From an uncultured Pseudohongiella sp. (GTDB lineage Bacteria; Pseudomonadota; Gammaproteobacteria; Pseudomonadales; Pseudohongiellaceae): a stretch of 64,000 bases of DNA. A program made the position numbers and the translations under genes. Location: positions 6,828-70,827 of the forward strand of contig CAYGRT010000013.1 in assembly GCA_964352355.1 (NCBI GenBank). The letters run 5' to 3'. Shown here one piece after another: positions 27,995 through 36,697 of this stretch; the stretch's first letter is position 1; every line of letters begins with the position of its first letter. Below the pieces are notes generated by a model. That model worked only from the letters and a program-made list of their open reading frames with translations. It had not been told where the DNA came from and did no database searches.

Positions 27995-28687
27995 TTATGC
28001 GGCATCGTGAAAAATAATACCAAGTGTCATTCTTTCTCCCCAGATTATTTCAGCTACACCATGGCGCACACTTGCTTGCCGCCAGCCTCTTTTGCCAGGG
28101 ATCGGTCTTTCGCGAGTAGGAATAATTACAGCAGTGCCTTTTTCAAGTTTTGCTACATGGGGTCTGGACTGCATACGCGGGTAGTTTTCTACTAACACCA
28201 AGTCGCCTCCATCAAAGTCTTTCCCTTTTTCGCTCAGCAAGATAATCACTTGGAACGGGAAATAGACTTCACCATAAATATCTTGATGCAATCTATTGTA
28301 ATCGCCAACGAGGTAGCGCAGCAGCAAGGGTGTCGGTTTAGTCTGTCCTACAGACTCGCAGCGCTTAATAAATTGTTGATAGGCATCGGGCCAACGTTCT
28401 TGCCGACCTAGTTTTTTATACCAATCATTGGCAATAATCGCTAACGGCGGGTATAGAGCATGGCGTAATTCATTCACGAGTGTTGGCAATGGCCTGGCGA
28501 AGTAGCGATACTCTCCTTGACCAAAATTATGTCTATCCATCACCACGGTTTTTCGAAATTGCACATCTTCTTTGTAGCTCGCCATAAGCTGATCGCACTC
28601 GGTATGACTAAGCAGTTCGTCAATTACACTAAAACCTCGGCATAGCAACTGATTCTCAATCGATGACCAATCCAGAGACTTCGGCAA
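27995..28687 (-). CDS. 2-oxoglutarate/Fe(II)-dependent oxygenase superfamily protein
   Basis: HxD motif (RLHQDIYGE), distal His (VRHGVAEI) and a C-terminal Arg (GERMTLG), at spacing typical of small 2OG oxygenases. Confidence 0.6.
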   Translation of the reverse strand: MPKSLDWSSIENQLLCRGFSVIDELLSHTECDQLMASYKEDVQFRKTVVMDRHNFGQGEYRYFARPLPTLVNELRHALYPPLAIIANDWYKKLGRQERWPDAYQQFIKRCESVGQTKPTPLLLRYLVGDYNRLHQDIYGEVYFPFQVIILLSEKGKDFDGGDLVLVENYPRMQSRPHVAKLEKGTAVIIPTRERPIPGKRGWRQASVRHGVAEIIWGERMTLGIIFHDAA

Positions 28688-28701
28688 TTCTCTCTCCCTT
28701 A

Positions 28702-29628
28702 CTACAGATCAAGCCACTGAAGAAAATTAACGGTCGCCGCAATTAGCCTGTTGCGAGGCGTTTCCAACAGGGCTGCGTGGTCACCGCCGGCAAGCACAAC
28801 CCACTGCTTATTCGGATTCGCCAGCATTGAAAACACAGCAGCATGGGCCTCGGTTTGAGCAAGCGGATCGAACTCTGCCTGCAGCAGAAGAGTGGGTAGC
28901 CTAACTTCAGCGGCGTTTAACGCGTTCCATTGCTGCAATTGATTCCAGTCCGCGCGCACCGGATCGGCTTTAAGCGCAGCCTCTACATAAGTGTTTACCG
29001 CTTTCTCACTAATGGATCCAGGCACGATAAAATCAGAAGCCGCTGCTTCTGCAGTGGTAGCCACTCGTGGTGGCTCAGTCACCACTGGCGCTTCACCATA
29101 ACGCCTATCCGGATTCACAGGATAACCGAACAGAGTGACGCTAAGCATATTTTCGGGATACATCTGTGCGGTCAATTGGGCAACCATTGATCCATAAGAC
29201 CAGCCCCAAACGTGAGTCTTTTGTTGGTTACGCTGTACCAACCACTGCAGCACTGTTGCTAGGTCCTTTGCCGCTCTATTAGGAGTATTCCAGCCGCTCT
29301 CATCTCGAGCAGTCGCACCGTACCCTCTCCCATCAAGGGCCCAAACACTGTATCCCTGCTGATTAAATCCATCCATCAGCGATAAGTCTTCACCCTCGAC
29401 TTGTAAATCAAAGTCTGGAATAGAACTCCAAGTGCGGCCATGATGCAAAACAATATGAGCACGAGGATTAGGTATCGATTTTTCCCAAACAGTCAGCGGA
29501 TGCCCATCAGCCATCACTATATTCTGTTTAAGTTCCGCAGCGCCAGAGGAGGCGACAACAAATAGCAAACTTGCGAAAGCCACAGCACGTAGCACGCCGT
29601 TGCGGATATGAGTAAATCTTTGCAGCAT
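28702..29628 (-). CDS. Secreted alpha/beta-fold hydrolase
   Basis: Signal peptide. Motif HHGRTWS and nucleophile elbow GWSYGS. C-terminal motif GGDHAA supplies a candidate catalytic His. Confidence 0.7.
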   Translation of the reverse strand: MLQRFTHIRNGVLRAVAFASLLFVVASSGAAELKQNIVMADGHPLTVWEKSIPNPRAHIVLHHGRTWSSIPDFDLQVEGEDLSLMDGFNQQGYSVWALDGRGYGATARDESGWNTPNRAAKDLATVLQWLVQRNQQKTHVWGWSYGSMVAQLTAQMYPENMLSVTLFGYPVNPDRRYGEAPVVTEPPRVATTAEAAASDFIVPGSISEKAVNTYVEAALKADPVRADWNQLQQWNALNAAEVRLPTLLLQAEFDPLAQTEAHAAVFSMLANPNKQWVVLAGGDHAALLETPRNRLIAATVNFLQWLDL

Positions 29629-29664
29629 CTGTACGCCTCTTTTAAATAGAATTTTAGCTGGTCT

Positions 29665-29799
29665 TTAGCGTGCGTTAGTTGATAAATACACTAGCAACTG
29701 CTGCTCCAAACTATCTGCGACACTTGGCACTAAAAGCAGCAAACCCGCAGTTAAAATGCTAACGCAAGCACAAGTAATCAAGTAGTGTTTTAGTGACAT
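29665..29799 (-). CDS. Possible 44-aa single-TM small protein (below the ORF-track size cutoff)
   Basis: My own translation gives MSLKHYLITCACVSILTAGLLLLVPSVADSLEQQLLVYLSTNAR. The ATG at 29799 lies 2 nt after the upstream stop at 29802. There is no independent support. Confidence 0.25.
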   Translation of the reverse strand: MSLKHYLITCACVSILTAGLLLLVPSVADSLEQQLLVYLSTNAR

Positions 29800-29801
29800 A
29801 A

Positions 29802-30335
29802 TTAAGCCTCCGCTGGCGCTAGTTCAAAAACCCAAGTGTCACCCGCCTCGATAGAAGCACGAGTGGTTGGCGAGTTGTATTTTCGACCCAGCTCTGCAGC
29901 AACCCCTTCAAGCACTTCACCCTGCTCAATTCGTACTAGCTGCCGTGGATAACGCACACCATTGACTCTGAGCACTGCCCTACCGTCACGATTTGCTTGC
30001 ACTGCCCAGTGTTTCCAGAGTCTACCCAAAAAAGAATTCATATAGCCTGACACCACATAGGCTTTACCGTCACTCTCCACAATCCAAATCAAACGGGACG
30101 TCATTGACTGGGTCAGTTGTAGTTCGATGGTGCCCACACTGCGTGTGAAGCTCCAATCCGGCTCGGGTCCACTGTGCAACTCTCCAGAAACTAGCTCGCC
30201 ACCATTAAACAGTACCGAAGGCCCATCGGCACCGCGATGCCGCAGCGCCAGTGTGCCAAAAGCAACTACCGGGATCAGCACTAATATCCCGATGATCTGA
30301 AAGCCGATGAGCAGCTTTTTATTTGCTTGAATCAT
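29802..30335 (-). CDS. Membrane-anchored hypothetical protein
   Basis: 177 aa with one N-terminal TM helix (LLIGFQIIGILVLIPVVAFGTLAL). No family recognised. Confidence 0.45.
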   Translation of the reverse strand: MIQANKKLLIGFQIIGILVLIPVVAFGTLALRHRGADGPSVLFNGGELVSGELHSGPEPDWSFTRSVGTIELQLTQSMTSRLIWIVESDGKAYVVSGYMNSFLGRLWKHWAVQANRDGRAVLRVNGVRYPRQLVRIEQGEVLEGVAAELGRKYNSPTTRASIEAGDTWVFELAPAEA

Positions 30336-30385
30336 AGTAATTTACCCCAAATGGCCACTGTGAGTTCAACTTGCATTGCCGCAAC

Positions 30386-30422
30386 AAAAAGGCCGGAAGT
30401 ACTTAACATACTTCCGGCCTTT
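30386..30422 (-). terminator. Rho-independent terminator after the PQQ dehydrogenase gene
   Basis: Stem ggccggaagt (30391-30400) / acttccggcc (30410-30419). It is flanked by an A-run at 30386-30390, which gives a U-tract on the minus strand. Confidence 0.75.
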
Positions 30423-30454
30423 AGGTTTTAGCAACGGTTATTTATTGCTATTTT

Positions 30455-32470
30455 TTAATGTCCATCATCCGCCGCTGACATAGCTCCCGGAAGTGCCATA
30501 GCAGTTAACGTAGATCCCGTTTGCAACAGCACATATTGATGCCCGTCTAACGTCCATGAGCTCATACCATAGCTTGAACGTGCTGGAGCCTCTATCTGTT
30601 CCAAGATTTCACCGCTGGCCTTATCTATTGCATAAAGCATTGGTGTGCCGTCACTCGCCGCATCCGAGTAAATTAGCATATTGGCTGTAACAACCATAGG
30701 AACCAATGCCCCTGTACCGGTATTACCAATATCAATACCGTTAAGCGCTGGGCTGTTCTTAATTCGGTTGGGTGTCTCACCGGTAGGAATCATCCAAGCA
30801 TGATCGCCCGTAGTCATATCGATTGCTGTGATACGGCTATAAGGTGGCTTCCAAATAGGAATACCAGATTGCAAGCGAGGAGTTCTCGCCGTCGCGCCTG
30901 GCACGCCGTTTGCGTACTGAGCGGTAGTAACACCGGTTGAATTAGGGAACAGCAAATCCGCTTCTTCACCAGGGATAAGTCTCAACGCAAAGCATGCTGT
31001 GTGTGACGAGACATAGAAAATACCTGTGGTTGGGTCAGCAACCGCAGGTGCGGTGATATTCGCACCGCCAGCGCCGCCAGGACAGTTCATGGCGGCATAC
31101 TTGCCCATAGGGTTATCGGCATGGATTGGTGGGTTAAACAGGCCACCCAACACATAGTCTTCCACCGCCTCTAACGCCTCTGCGCGAAGTTCTGGCGTGA
31201 AGTCGACTAAATCATCTTCTGTTAAGCCCTGAAGGTCATACGGTGCAGGCTTGGTAACATGAGGCTGAGTTGGTGATAACACTTCCCCAGGCACAATTGA
31301 CGCAGGTACCGGACGATCAACGATTGGCCACAAGGGTTCACCGGTAATTCGATTAAAGGCGTAGGCCCAAGACTGCTTGGTTGCCTGAATCACAGCCGGC
31401 ACTCGACCGCGACCTGGCATATCCAAGTCCATCAAAACAGGTGCAGTGGGATTATCAAAGTTCCAGATTTCGTGTTTAACCATCTGGAAGTGCCACTTTC
31501 TTTCACCGGTTCTTGTATCGAGGGCGATAAGGGCGGCTCCATAGAGATTATCCCCAGGCCGGAACCCACCGTAATAATCAATGGTAGCGCTGTTAGTTGG
31601 AATGTAGACCAGATTGTTTTCTGGATCGGCAGACAGCGGTGCCCAAGATGAGACATCTCCCGTCCATTGCCATGCGTCGTTCTCCCAAGTTTCGTGGCCA
31701 TACTCACCTGGCTTAGGAATCACGTTAAATTTCCACTTAAATGCGCCAGTCTTGGCATCATAGGCCAATATATCGCCAGGCACATTCTCGATACGGGCCT
31801 GGTGATAGCCCTGCTCTGCTGAGTTACCAACGACAATAGTGTCATTGACCACGATCGGCGGAGAAGAAGAAGTGATGTATCCAGTTTCTAGTGGAATACC
31901 TTCATAGGGGTCATAGGGGTGTCCTAAGTCTGCCAGAAGATCCACAACCCCAGTCTGTGGGAAGCCATCAATAGGTACTGGCTTGCCAAAACCTTCTAAC
32001 GGAATACCCGTTTTTGCATCTAATGCGGTTAAAAAGAAGCCGGGCGACACGATGTACACAACACCTTTGCCATCGATTTCAGAATAAGCAACGCCCTTGC
32101 CGTAGTCCGCACGCATTGAGTATTCGGCCCGTGGCGTGTTTGGCTCACGATAACTCCACAGAGTTTCGCCAGATTTGGCATCAATCGCGATTACGTAGCG
32201 ACGATTACCGGCAACGGTGTATAGAACTCCATCGATCATGGAGGGAGTCGACCGGCCACTAACCGCTCCGAAGCTTGCGCCATCCCACTCCCAAGCAACG
32301 TCAAGTTCAGCAAAATTTTCCGCTGTTATCTCATCTGAAGGGGTGTACCGTGTGTGTGCATAGTCTCCACCTAAGGTGCGCCACTCATCCGCATTTTGCG
32401 TCTGAGCGTTAACCAATGTGGGTACCAACAAAAGCGCCAGTAAGGCTCTTCCTACTGTTGGAATTTTCAT
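30455..32470 (-). CDS. Periplasmic PQQ-dependent dehydrogenase (eight-bladed propeller; no haem domain)
   Basis: ATG at 32470 after GAGAGGAGA, followed by a signal peptide. The N-terminus matches quinoproteins (WRTLGGDYAHTRYTPSDEI). A.DA.TG..W propeller repeats recur (AIDAKSGETLW, AYDAKTGAFKW, ALDTRTGERKW). Confidence 0.8.
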   Translation of the reverse strand: MKIPTVGRALLALLLVPTLVNAQTQNADEWRTLGGDYAHTRYTPSDEITAENFAELDVAWEWDGASFGAVSGRSTPSMIDGVLYTVAGNRRYVIAIDAKSGETLWSYREPNTPRAEYSMRADYGKGVAYSEIDGKGVVYIVSPGFFLTALDAKTGIPLEGFGKPVPIDGFPQTGVVDLLADLGHPYDPYEGIPLETGYITSSSPPIVVNDTIVVGNSAEQGYHQARIENVPGDILAYDAKTGAFKWKFNVIPKPGEYGHETWENDAWQWTGDVSSWAPLSADPENNLVYIPTNSATIDYYGGFRPGDNLYGAALIALDTRTGERKWHFQMVKHEIWNFDNPTAPVLMDLDMPGRGRVPAVIQATKQSWAYAFNRITGEPLWPIVDRPVPASIVPGEVLSPTQPHVTKPAPYDLQGLTEDDLVDFTPELRAEALEAVEDYVLGGLFNPPIHADNPMGKYAAMNCPGGAGGANITAPAVADPTTGIFYVSSHTACFALRLIPGEEADLLFPNSTGVTTAQYANGVPGATARTPRLQSGIPIWKPPYSRITAIDMTTGDHAWMIPTGETPNRIKNSPALNGIDIGNTGTGALVPMVVTANMLIYSDAASDGTPMLYAIDKASGEILEQIEAPARSSYGMSSWTLDGHQYVLLQTGSTLTAMALPGAMSAADDGH

Positions 32471-32678
32471 GGATTTCTCCTCTCTTATTAAGTCCAAAAA
32501 CTGAGTACTGAACTAGGTATACTGAAACATAGCTGCTGGGGTTATTATTGTTTCGCCAAATTTCGTCAGCCCCGATTGTGCCCCAATATGGAGAGCAAAG
32601 CTTGTTGAATTTGCGATCAGCTGCCCCATTCTATGGCGAAACGTAACCGAGGAATGCAATAAATTGTCACCCCAGCCC

Positions 32679-34343
32679 CTAGTCTCCTAGGGCAAATGTG
32701 GCCATGGCATTGCCCGAAATCACGGAAATATACTGCACCCCGTCCACCATATAGGTAACCGGCGCCATTACAATTTGGCCGCCAAGATTCACTTTCCAAA
32801 GGAGTTCGCCTTTTACCGCGTCCAAAATGTGCAAATAACCCTCGCGCCCTCCCGTTAGCAGTAAATCGCTGGCCGTTGTCAGCATACCGCTGTCACTGAC
32901 ATCAAACTGATTGTACTCCCAAACCGGCTGGCCGGTGTTCGGGTCCATCGCCTTCAGCGACGCATGCCCAACCTCATCGGTCCAATTATTAATGGGATTA
33001 GTCCTGCCAATACCGATTGTCGGTGCACCAGGCGCCGGGGCAAGCACGGAAAAACCGCCCCCTAAAAATGCGCGGCCTGGCTCATATTCAACCTCTTCTG
33101 ATCTGTAAATGGTGGCGTAGTCTTTCCACGCGCTAAAATAAAACAGTCCGGTGCGTGGGCTAAATGAAGGCGGATACCAATTCGTGCCGCCTTGATTACC
33201 TGGAAATGTTGGCATGCCCTCCGGCTGGGGAGTGGGAATGGGCCGACCGTTTTCATCCAGTCCGCTAGACCAATTGACCCGCACGTAAGGCTCCCCTAAT
33301 AAAAACTTCCCGTTGGTGCGGTCAAGAACGTAAAAATAGCCGTTACGGTTAGCCCAAAGCATGGCTTTGGTAGGAGTCCCCTGCCACACAATGTCAGCCA
33401 ACACCGGCACTTGTACCGAATCGTAATCGTAGGCGTCATTGGGTGTGAACTGAAAATACCACGCCAACTCGCCGCTATCGGCATCCAGTGCGATAACTGA
33501 ATCGGAGTAAAGATTGTCTCCGGGCCGTTGACCCGCGTTCCAATCGGGACCAGGATTTCCCACTCCCCAAAAAGTTAAGTTTGATTCTGGATCGAATGAT
33601 CCTGTAATCCATACAGGCGCACCGCCGTATTGCCAATCATCGCCTTCCCATGAATCCGCATTTGGCTCGCCCGGCGCAGGGATTGTATAAGTTTTCCAAA
33701 CTTCCTCTCCGGTCGCCGCATCGTAGGCTGCCACGTAACCACGGATTCCAAATTCACCGCCGCCAACACCAACAATAACTTTGTCGTGAACCACAAGAGG
33801 CGCCATTGTCACGGAATAGGCTCGGCTGACATCGCCTACTTCTGTATTCCACAACACTTCACCACTGATGCGATCGAGGGCAATTAATCGAGCATCGAGG
33901 GTGCCCATAAACACTCTATCATCCAACAGAGCGACACCCCGATTATTTGCACCACAGCACACTCGCGCGCGCTCGTCTGGTACATGACGGTACTTCCAAA
34001 ATACTCGCCCGGTAATAGCATCTAAGGCCATCACACTATTAGGGCGCTCTGTAACATACATAACCCCATCTACCACCAATGGGTTCGATTGCCACGCGCC
34101 AAATACTTGGTTTTGCAGCATCCATTTCAATTCTAAGCGATCAACATTTTCCCCATTGATCTGATCTAATTGGCTGAACCGTTGACTGGAGTAGCCACCG
34201 TTATAAGTAAGCCAGTTTTGCGGCTCATCTGCTGCGTTAAGGATTCGATCGAAAGGCACTTGCGCCCGCAGCTGACTCGCCACAACTATCAGCACTAGAA
34301 AGGTCAGCCATTGCTTAGTAGTTTGGTTAACTAAGATATTCAT
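32679..34343 (-). CDS. PQQ-dependent alcohol dehydrogenase, methanol/ethanol family
   Basis: N-terminus PQNWLTYNGGYSSQRFSQLDQI. Vicinal disulfide motif RVCCGANNRG. Metal and PQQ ligand motifs GGGEFGIRGY, GVGNPGPDWN and FTPNDAYDYDSVQ. Confidence 0.85.
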   Translation of the reverse strand: MNILVNQTTKQWLTFLVLIVVASQLRAQVPFDRILNAADEPQNWLTYNGGYSSQRFSQLDQINGENVDRLELKWMLQNQVFGAWQSNPLVVDGVMYVTERPNSVMALDAITGRVFWKYRHVPDERARVCCGANNRGVALLDDRVFMGTLDARLIALDRISGEVLWNTEVGDVSRAYSVTMAPLVVHDKVIVGVGGGEFGIRGYVAAYDAATGEEVWKTYTIPAPGEPNADSWEGDDWQYGGAPVWITGSFDPESNLTFWGVGNPGPDWNAGQRPGDNLYSDSVIALDADSGELAWYFQFTPNDAYDYDSVQVPVLADIVWQGTPTKAMLWANRNGYFYVLDRTNGKFLLGEPYVRVNWSSGLDENGRPIPTPQPEGMPTFPGNQGGTNWYPPSFSPRTGLFYFSAWKDYATIYRSEEVEYEPGRAFLGGGFSVLAPAPGAPTIGIGRTNPINNWTDEVGHASLKAMDPNTGQPVWEYNQFDVSDSGMLTTASDLLLTGGREGYLHILDAVKGELLWKVNLGGQIVMAPVTYMVDGVQYISVISGNAMATFALGD

Positions 34344-35116
34344 TACAGACCTCGCAGGGTTAATAAGTAAGCAACAACATCGGCTACTTCTTCGGTATTT
34401 AAATTAGTCGGTGCTTTACTGGGAGCCATGCTAATTTCATAACTCACTAAGTCAGCCTTAATGAACGAACGAAGCCGATTATTAGAATCAACTAACTGCA
34501 CCGTATAAGTATCTTCATTCAAGCGCCGACCCGAGACAGTTTCTTCAGTGCGGGTCACTAAACGCACTGGACGGTTAATTGGCAGCAGTGCTGCCTCAGG
34601 GTCCAATAGATTACGCTGCAACGATGCCGCGGAAAGCCTTGACGCGACAGAGGTTAAATCGGGCGCTGTATAAGGCCCTACACCATTCACTCTGTGACAA
34701 TCGGCACACTGCCCTTTTCCTTCAAACAGCTGCTTACCCGACTGTGGGTCACCAATTCGCACCGCAACCCCGTCAGGGTCAAAACCTGCACGAATATAGG
34801 CAATAACACCGCCGAGCTCTTCATCGCGTAATGTAAATGCTGGCATCCTGCCACCGGCGGCGCCATTGGAGATAATCCGCCGCAAGTCGGCGTCAGATTG
34901 GGCACTGCGAAACTGTCCGCGGCTTAAGTCGATGCCGTCAACTAAGTCTCCCTGCGGCCCATGACAAAGCGCGCATTGCTGGTTGTAAACGCTGAGGCCA
35001 GTCGCCACCATTTCACTAGAATATTGATGATCGCTTATTTCCTGACTGACCGTGACCATCGGCAGCAACCACAGTCCGGCACAAAGCAGACCAAGTAGGG
35101 GTTTGTTTTTAACCAT
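34343..35116 (-). CDS. Periplasmic di-haem cytochrome c
   Basis: Two CxxCH sites (CALCH, CADCH). I prefer the ATG at 35116, which gives the signal peptide MVKNKPLLGLLCAGLWLL. The stop overlaps the ADH start by 1 nt (TAATG). Confidence 0.75.
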   Translation of the reverse strand: MVKNKPLLGLLCAGLWLLPMVTVSQEISDHQYSSEMVATGLSVYNQQCALCHGPQGDLVDGIDLSRGQFRSAQSDADLRRIISNGAAGGRMPAFTLRDEELGGVIAYIRAGFDPDGVAVRIGDPQSGKQLFEGKGQCADCHRVNGVGPYTAPDLTSVASRLSAASLQRNLLDPEAALLPINRPVRLVTRTEETVSGRRLNEDTYTVQLVDSNNRLRSFIKADLVSYEISMAPSKAPTNLNTEEVADVVAYLLTLRGL

Positions 35117-35333
35117 AATGCTTTTCACTTCAGTGTTGTCAATGAAAGTGACTAGCGCCTTAGTACTAGTCCCTATTGTCAATCCTAGAATAATAGCATT
35201 CGCCAAGCGGGTCTACGGCAAGGGGCTCAGCAATGCACGTTGGCTTGCACATTAAGCGCTGTTTGTTATATTGAGTCGGTGCATATCGGTGATAGTGCCA
35301 ACTTAAAATCAAGAACAAACAGAGGTAATTACC

Positions 35334-36269
35334 ATGCCAATGCTCAATGTCTGGTTTAATCCATTGTTTTCAGTGTGTTCCAAGCATTTCCCCGTAGCCC
35401 TAGCTTTCAGTCTATGCCTTTCGTCACTTGCTAACGGGCAAGACAACGCTGAAGGACGTTATCGCCCAGAGGGCCGACAGATCGCGATGGCTGCCTCGCA
35501 AGAATTTGGTGAACGTCTATTCGAAGTGCGTACTTATGACCCTCAACCGGAGGTAGCTGAGTTTGCCGGCGGCACGATTTTTTATCCCTTAACTCTGAGC
35601 TTTGATGCACCCGTTGGCTTAATCGTCTTTGTACCGGGTTTTCGCGCCACCCAAAGCGTCTACGACTGGTGGGGACCAGCCCTGGCCTCTTTCGGCTATG
35701 CCGTTATGATAATCGATACCAATACCCCCACCGAATCGCAGGCCGGTAGAAAGCAAGCCGCGATCGCTGCAATTAATTTTTTAAAGGCAGAAAACAGCAA
35801 GCAAGGTAGTCCTCTACTGGGCAAATTGGATACTGAAAAAGTAGCGCTCATGGGACACAGCATGGGCGGCGGGGCTGTCTTGCAAGCCGCTGCACAATTG
35901 GCTGCCGAAGTGGATGCCGTGATTCCCTTGTCACTATATTGCTGCGAACCTGGGCAAAGTTTTAGCGGTGACTTTTCCCAACTGAGCGTTCCCACTCTCT
36001 TATTCGCCAGCAGTGAAGACACCGTCGCGCCGCCAGCGGAACATGCCAAGCTATTGTTTGACTCCATTAATAATAGTGCTGCCAAGGCCTATGTGGAATT
36101 TGCCACTGGAGATCATATGATTGCTGCCAATGGGGGGCCAGATCTCAGCACCTTGGGACGATTAAGTCTAGCGTGGTTGAAAGTGCACATGGAAGACAAA
36201 ACCAATCTAGTTAGATTTATTGCCAACGATGACAGTAAATTTTCTCACTTTGAATCTACTCTAGACTAA
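35334..36269 (+). CDS. Secreted cutinase/PETase-like polyester hydrolase (dienelactone-hydrolase-type alpha/beta fold)
   Basis: Signal peptide. The block GGTIFYP...VFVPGFRATQSVYDWWGPALASFGYAVMIIDTN parallels IsPETase/cutinase GTVYYP...[32 protein letters not shown] (recalled from memory). Candidate triad: Ser176 in GHSMGGG, Asp229 in SEDTVAP, His261 in TGDHMIA. Confidence 0.75.
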   Translation: MPMLNVWFNPLFSVCSKHFPVALAFSLCLSSLANGQDNAEGRYRPEGRQIAMAASQEFGERLFEVRTYDPQPEVAEFAGGTIFYPLTLSFDAPVGLIVFVPGFRATQSVYDWWGPALASFGYAVMIIDTNTPTESQAGRKQAAIAAINFLKAENSKQGSPLLGKLDTEKVALMGHSMGGGAVLQAAAQLAAEVDAVIPLSLYCCEPGQSFSGDFSQLSVPTLLFASSEDTVAPPAEHAKLLFDSINNSAAKAYVEFATGDHMIAANGGPDLSTLGRLSLAWLKVHMEDKTNLVRFIANDDSKFSHFESTLD

Positions 36270-36394
36270 ATTCCAGCGCTTTTGGCCTCGTTTTTTTTTG
36301 CGGATTGCCTGGCTGATTAAGAAGAACCCTTTGTGAAGTCAGCCGGCAGGGTTTAGAATTCGCGCCTTTCCTCGCTTTTAGTATTTTTTGGGTC

Positions 36395-36649
36395 ATGGCA
36401 AAAATCACCATCTACACGCGAAAATTTTGCGGATATTGCACTGCCGCTGTGCAGCTACTAAAAAACAAGGGTTATCAGTTTACCGAGATTGCCACAGACG
36501 GCGATCGTGAAATTAGACACGAGATCGAGCAGCGTTCTGGCCAATCTACTGTACCTCAAATTTTTGTAGGTGATCATTCCGTTGGCGGCTACACTGATCT
36601 CGCCCAGGCAATATCCGATGGCGAGTTTGACCGATTGCTAAAACACTAA
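36395..36649 (+). CDS. grxC: Glutaredoxin (Grx3-type)
   Basis: 84 aa. Active-site motif CGYC and the motif TVPQIFVGDHSVGGYTDL. Confidence 0.85.
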   Translation: MAKITIYTRKFCGYCTAAVQLLKNKGYQFTEIATDGDREIRHEIEQRSGQSTVPQIFVGDHSVGGYTDLAQAISDGEFDRLLKH

Positions 36650-36697
36650 GCAATCTTAATCACGTTTTTCACTCACCTAATCTACGCAGGCTTTGCC

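Noticed and set aside
32550-32642. 9-bp inverted repeat gtttcgcca (32550-32558) / tggcgaaac (32634-32642) between the two PQQ dehydrogenase genes.
   Set aside because: The arms are about 75 nt apart with no supporting secondary pairing that I could trace. This is compatible with chance in an intergenic region.
35334-36269. Calling the hydrolase a bona fide PET-degrading enzyme.
   Set aside because: Only family membership and the triad are visible. The IsPETase-specific features are absent: Trp159, the wobbling Trp185 loop and the extra active-site disulfide. Activity on PET cannot be inferred.
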